From contig OZ038379.1 of assembly GCA_964036045.1 (NCBI GenBank), positions 31,434,001-31,498,000 of the forward strand: a stretch of 64,000 nt of DNA, in the 5' to 3' direction. Numbering within the stretch: position 1 is the stretch's first letter; each line of letters opens with the position of its first letter. The notes under the pieces were generated by a model, which made no database searches, was not told where the DNA came from, and saw only the letters and a list, made by a program, of their open reading frames with translations. The DNA comes from Eutreptiella sp. 'Long Island Sound 2002' (Eukaryota > Protista > Euglenida). The translations under genes and the position numbers were made by a program. Positions 61,798 through 64,000 of this stretch are shown here, piece after piece.

Positions 61798-64000
61798 AGC
61801 CTGCTCCAACTGCTGCTCTGCCCCATGTATCTCAGGCATTCACGCAGCCAAGATGGAGGCCAAAGGAGGGCAATACCAGGCCTTCCCGCTTTCTGATGGA
61901 TTGGAAGCCGCTGATCCGGTGTGTTGCCCCATCCCCTATTCGTCACACCCATGTCTGCGTCACATTTTCTGGGCGGCCAGAGTGGGCTGTCCCCTCCTAC
62001 AGTGCCTCATTAAAGACCAAGGCATTTGGCCCTCTGACAGACCTGCAGACGGGTCTCTCCCGGGCTTTTGGTGCACATGACAGCCCACAGACGAGCCCAC
62101 AAATCCATCGCCCAACATGAGGTCCTCACACCCACCTCTTCAAATATCCCTGACCTTGGTTGCGATACTCTGCAAGGCAGCAACCATCCAGAGTCCACCA
62201 GGAAATGACAGCAACTATCAAGAACCAAAGTCCACTAGGAAATAACAGCAAGCGCCCACGGTTTCTCACGAGCAATTATTCGGAACCATACATAATTTGT
62301 TTGCTCATTTTTAAGAAATGGCACAGATTTTGTCGCGCCACGATTTGTAGATTCATATTTCCCCCTGCACGGAAGATCCCCCCCTCCGGTAGATGAACAA
62401 CTGGCTATGGTTTCCAATGGCTGCATGTTCTTTGGAATGTCTGTTCAGCTCTGCAGGGCTGATTGATGCCAAAGAAGGGCAAAAGATGAATCCTGCCTTC
62501 AGGGCACTCTTGTGGCGTGGTGATTTGGAGGTGAGGGTCACGGAGAATTGTCACACAGTCTGCTCAAAAGTGTGCAAGAACTGTGCAATGCATGCGTGTG
62601 TGGCACACGGTGGGATATTGTGCTGCAGATGAACAATTTTTTCTGAATCAAATGTTTCCGAATCAAAAGATATGTGTATTTCTGAACCTGTGACAGACCT
62701 TGTGGCATTGCTTGCTGCACTCTACAGATAACACACAGAGGGACCCTTGGAAGGCAATGTATCAGTTGGCCCAGGAAGATAACGAGGACATTGGTTTTTT
62801 GTTTTTGCAGCAGTCAGTTGCAGAAACTTGCGGCCCAATGCAAGCTTCTGCGGGTGAAATAACACAATTTTCAATGCATTTCCTGATCACCTCAACATGT
62901 GCAAATTTTGCGCACAGTTTCCACACATTTCAAAAAAGTGGGGAAGCCCCCCCCCCCCCCCCCTAACGTTGCCGTAGTGCAGTGGCGATACACGGGACTC
63001 CTTATCGGAAAGGTGTCAGTTCGGACTTGTACTGGGACACTTGAGCCCAGACAGGCTGAGGTGAGCAGGCGTGAAGCAGTATGGCCAAAGGAGGCATGAC
63101 ACGCTCCAATAGTAGCCTAATTTGGGCCTGGCTGGAGCTTGGGACGTCCAGTAGCGCACAATCCTGCATCCATCACCGCCCCCCCCCCCCCCCCTCCAGC
63201 TGCAGATCCACATGGATCGCTTTCATACGGTGCTCCATGATCCCCATGTGCACGTCCTGGGCATGCGCTCCAGCCCATTTCTTCAACAGGAGATGGCTGT
63301 CAGCGCTGCGACGCCGACGGATCTACGGCGTCGCGAGGGGGAGTTGACGCGGCACGCAGCCATGACCTCCCCGGCGGACAGCAGCAGGGCAGACTCTCGC
63401 ACCACAGACAAGAATGTGTAGGCCCGGCTCACCCTCCAGGGCCCAGTTTTGTATCTGGGAACGGTTGGGGCATGAGCCCCAGGGGACGCTTTTCACAGGC
63501 GGTCTGTCCCCTGGAGCATACAAATATTGCAGCGGTGAGGGCCCAGTGTCGTGCCCAGTGTCGTGCGCTGGTGCCTCAGTTGCATTGCAATGGGCTCTGG
63601 GCAGGAGAGCGCTAAGGGGCACCGATAGTCCTCTGCAAGTGTCCGTAAAGGGGAGAGGGGGGGATGTTTGTGTGCAGTTGCTGCATGTACCTGCTCCCCT
63701 CTCACCTTAGACCTCCTGCCCTGCACCTTGGTCCCTGGTAGAATCGTACACCATCGGAGGAGGGGGGGGACCCCCCCTGGACCCCCCCCAAGACCAAAAT
63801 GACCATAGTGGGAAAACATGAAATTTACCAGTGGAAAAATCTGCTTGGGCCATTTTTGGTACACAAACTTTTGGGTCCCAGACCCCCTCACCCACTTTTA
63901 ATACTTCCCTGAACCATCCCATATCGCACTAGCCCCCACCCCAGTCCCATTTAATTTTTCCCTCTGCACCCGGAGCCTTCCCTAACCTCTCTCCTGAATT

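Noticed and set aside
62968-63040. tRNA-like A/B-box words (gtagtgcagtgg...gttcggact)
   Set aside because: No cloverleaf pairing could be built; too degenerate to call.

Overview
This is repeat-rich eukaryotic DNA with no prokaryotic organisation. A large-genome protist or alga such as a euglenid is my impression only; the sequence does not prove it. Nearly all long ORFs in the supplied track are artefacts of tandem repeats or GC-rich transposon debris. Reading by eye recovers one host gene hidden from the ORF track: a two-domain EamA/DMT-family membrane transporter on the + strand. It has 8 (possibly 9) short GT-AG exons from about 6.4 kb to about 61.8 kb, and all junction phases match. Its introns (up to 22.7 kb) hold stacked mobile DNA: (i) a roughly 8-kb decayed APE-RT-RNaseH LINE (family A, YMDD); (ii) a second APE-RT-RNaseH LINE family (family B) with a WVDD active site and (CACCA)n tails, whose copies stack head-to-tail on those tails; (iii) two divergent, decayed P-element/THAP9-like transposase genes, one with an internal inversion bounded by inverted microhomology and an upstream peptidase-like ORF; (iv) a 47-bp hairpin satellite found twice, each time co-oriented with family-B fragments; (v) several minisatellites, tRNA-derived pseudogenes and Cys-rich orphan ORF fragments. 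I found no rRNA, CRISPR array or intact transposase. All protein-family calls rest on motif recognition, not database searches. Homopolymer-rich patches suggest some frameshifts may be sequencing errors.
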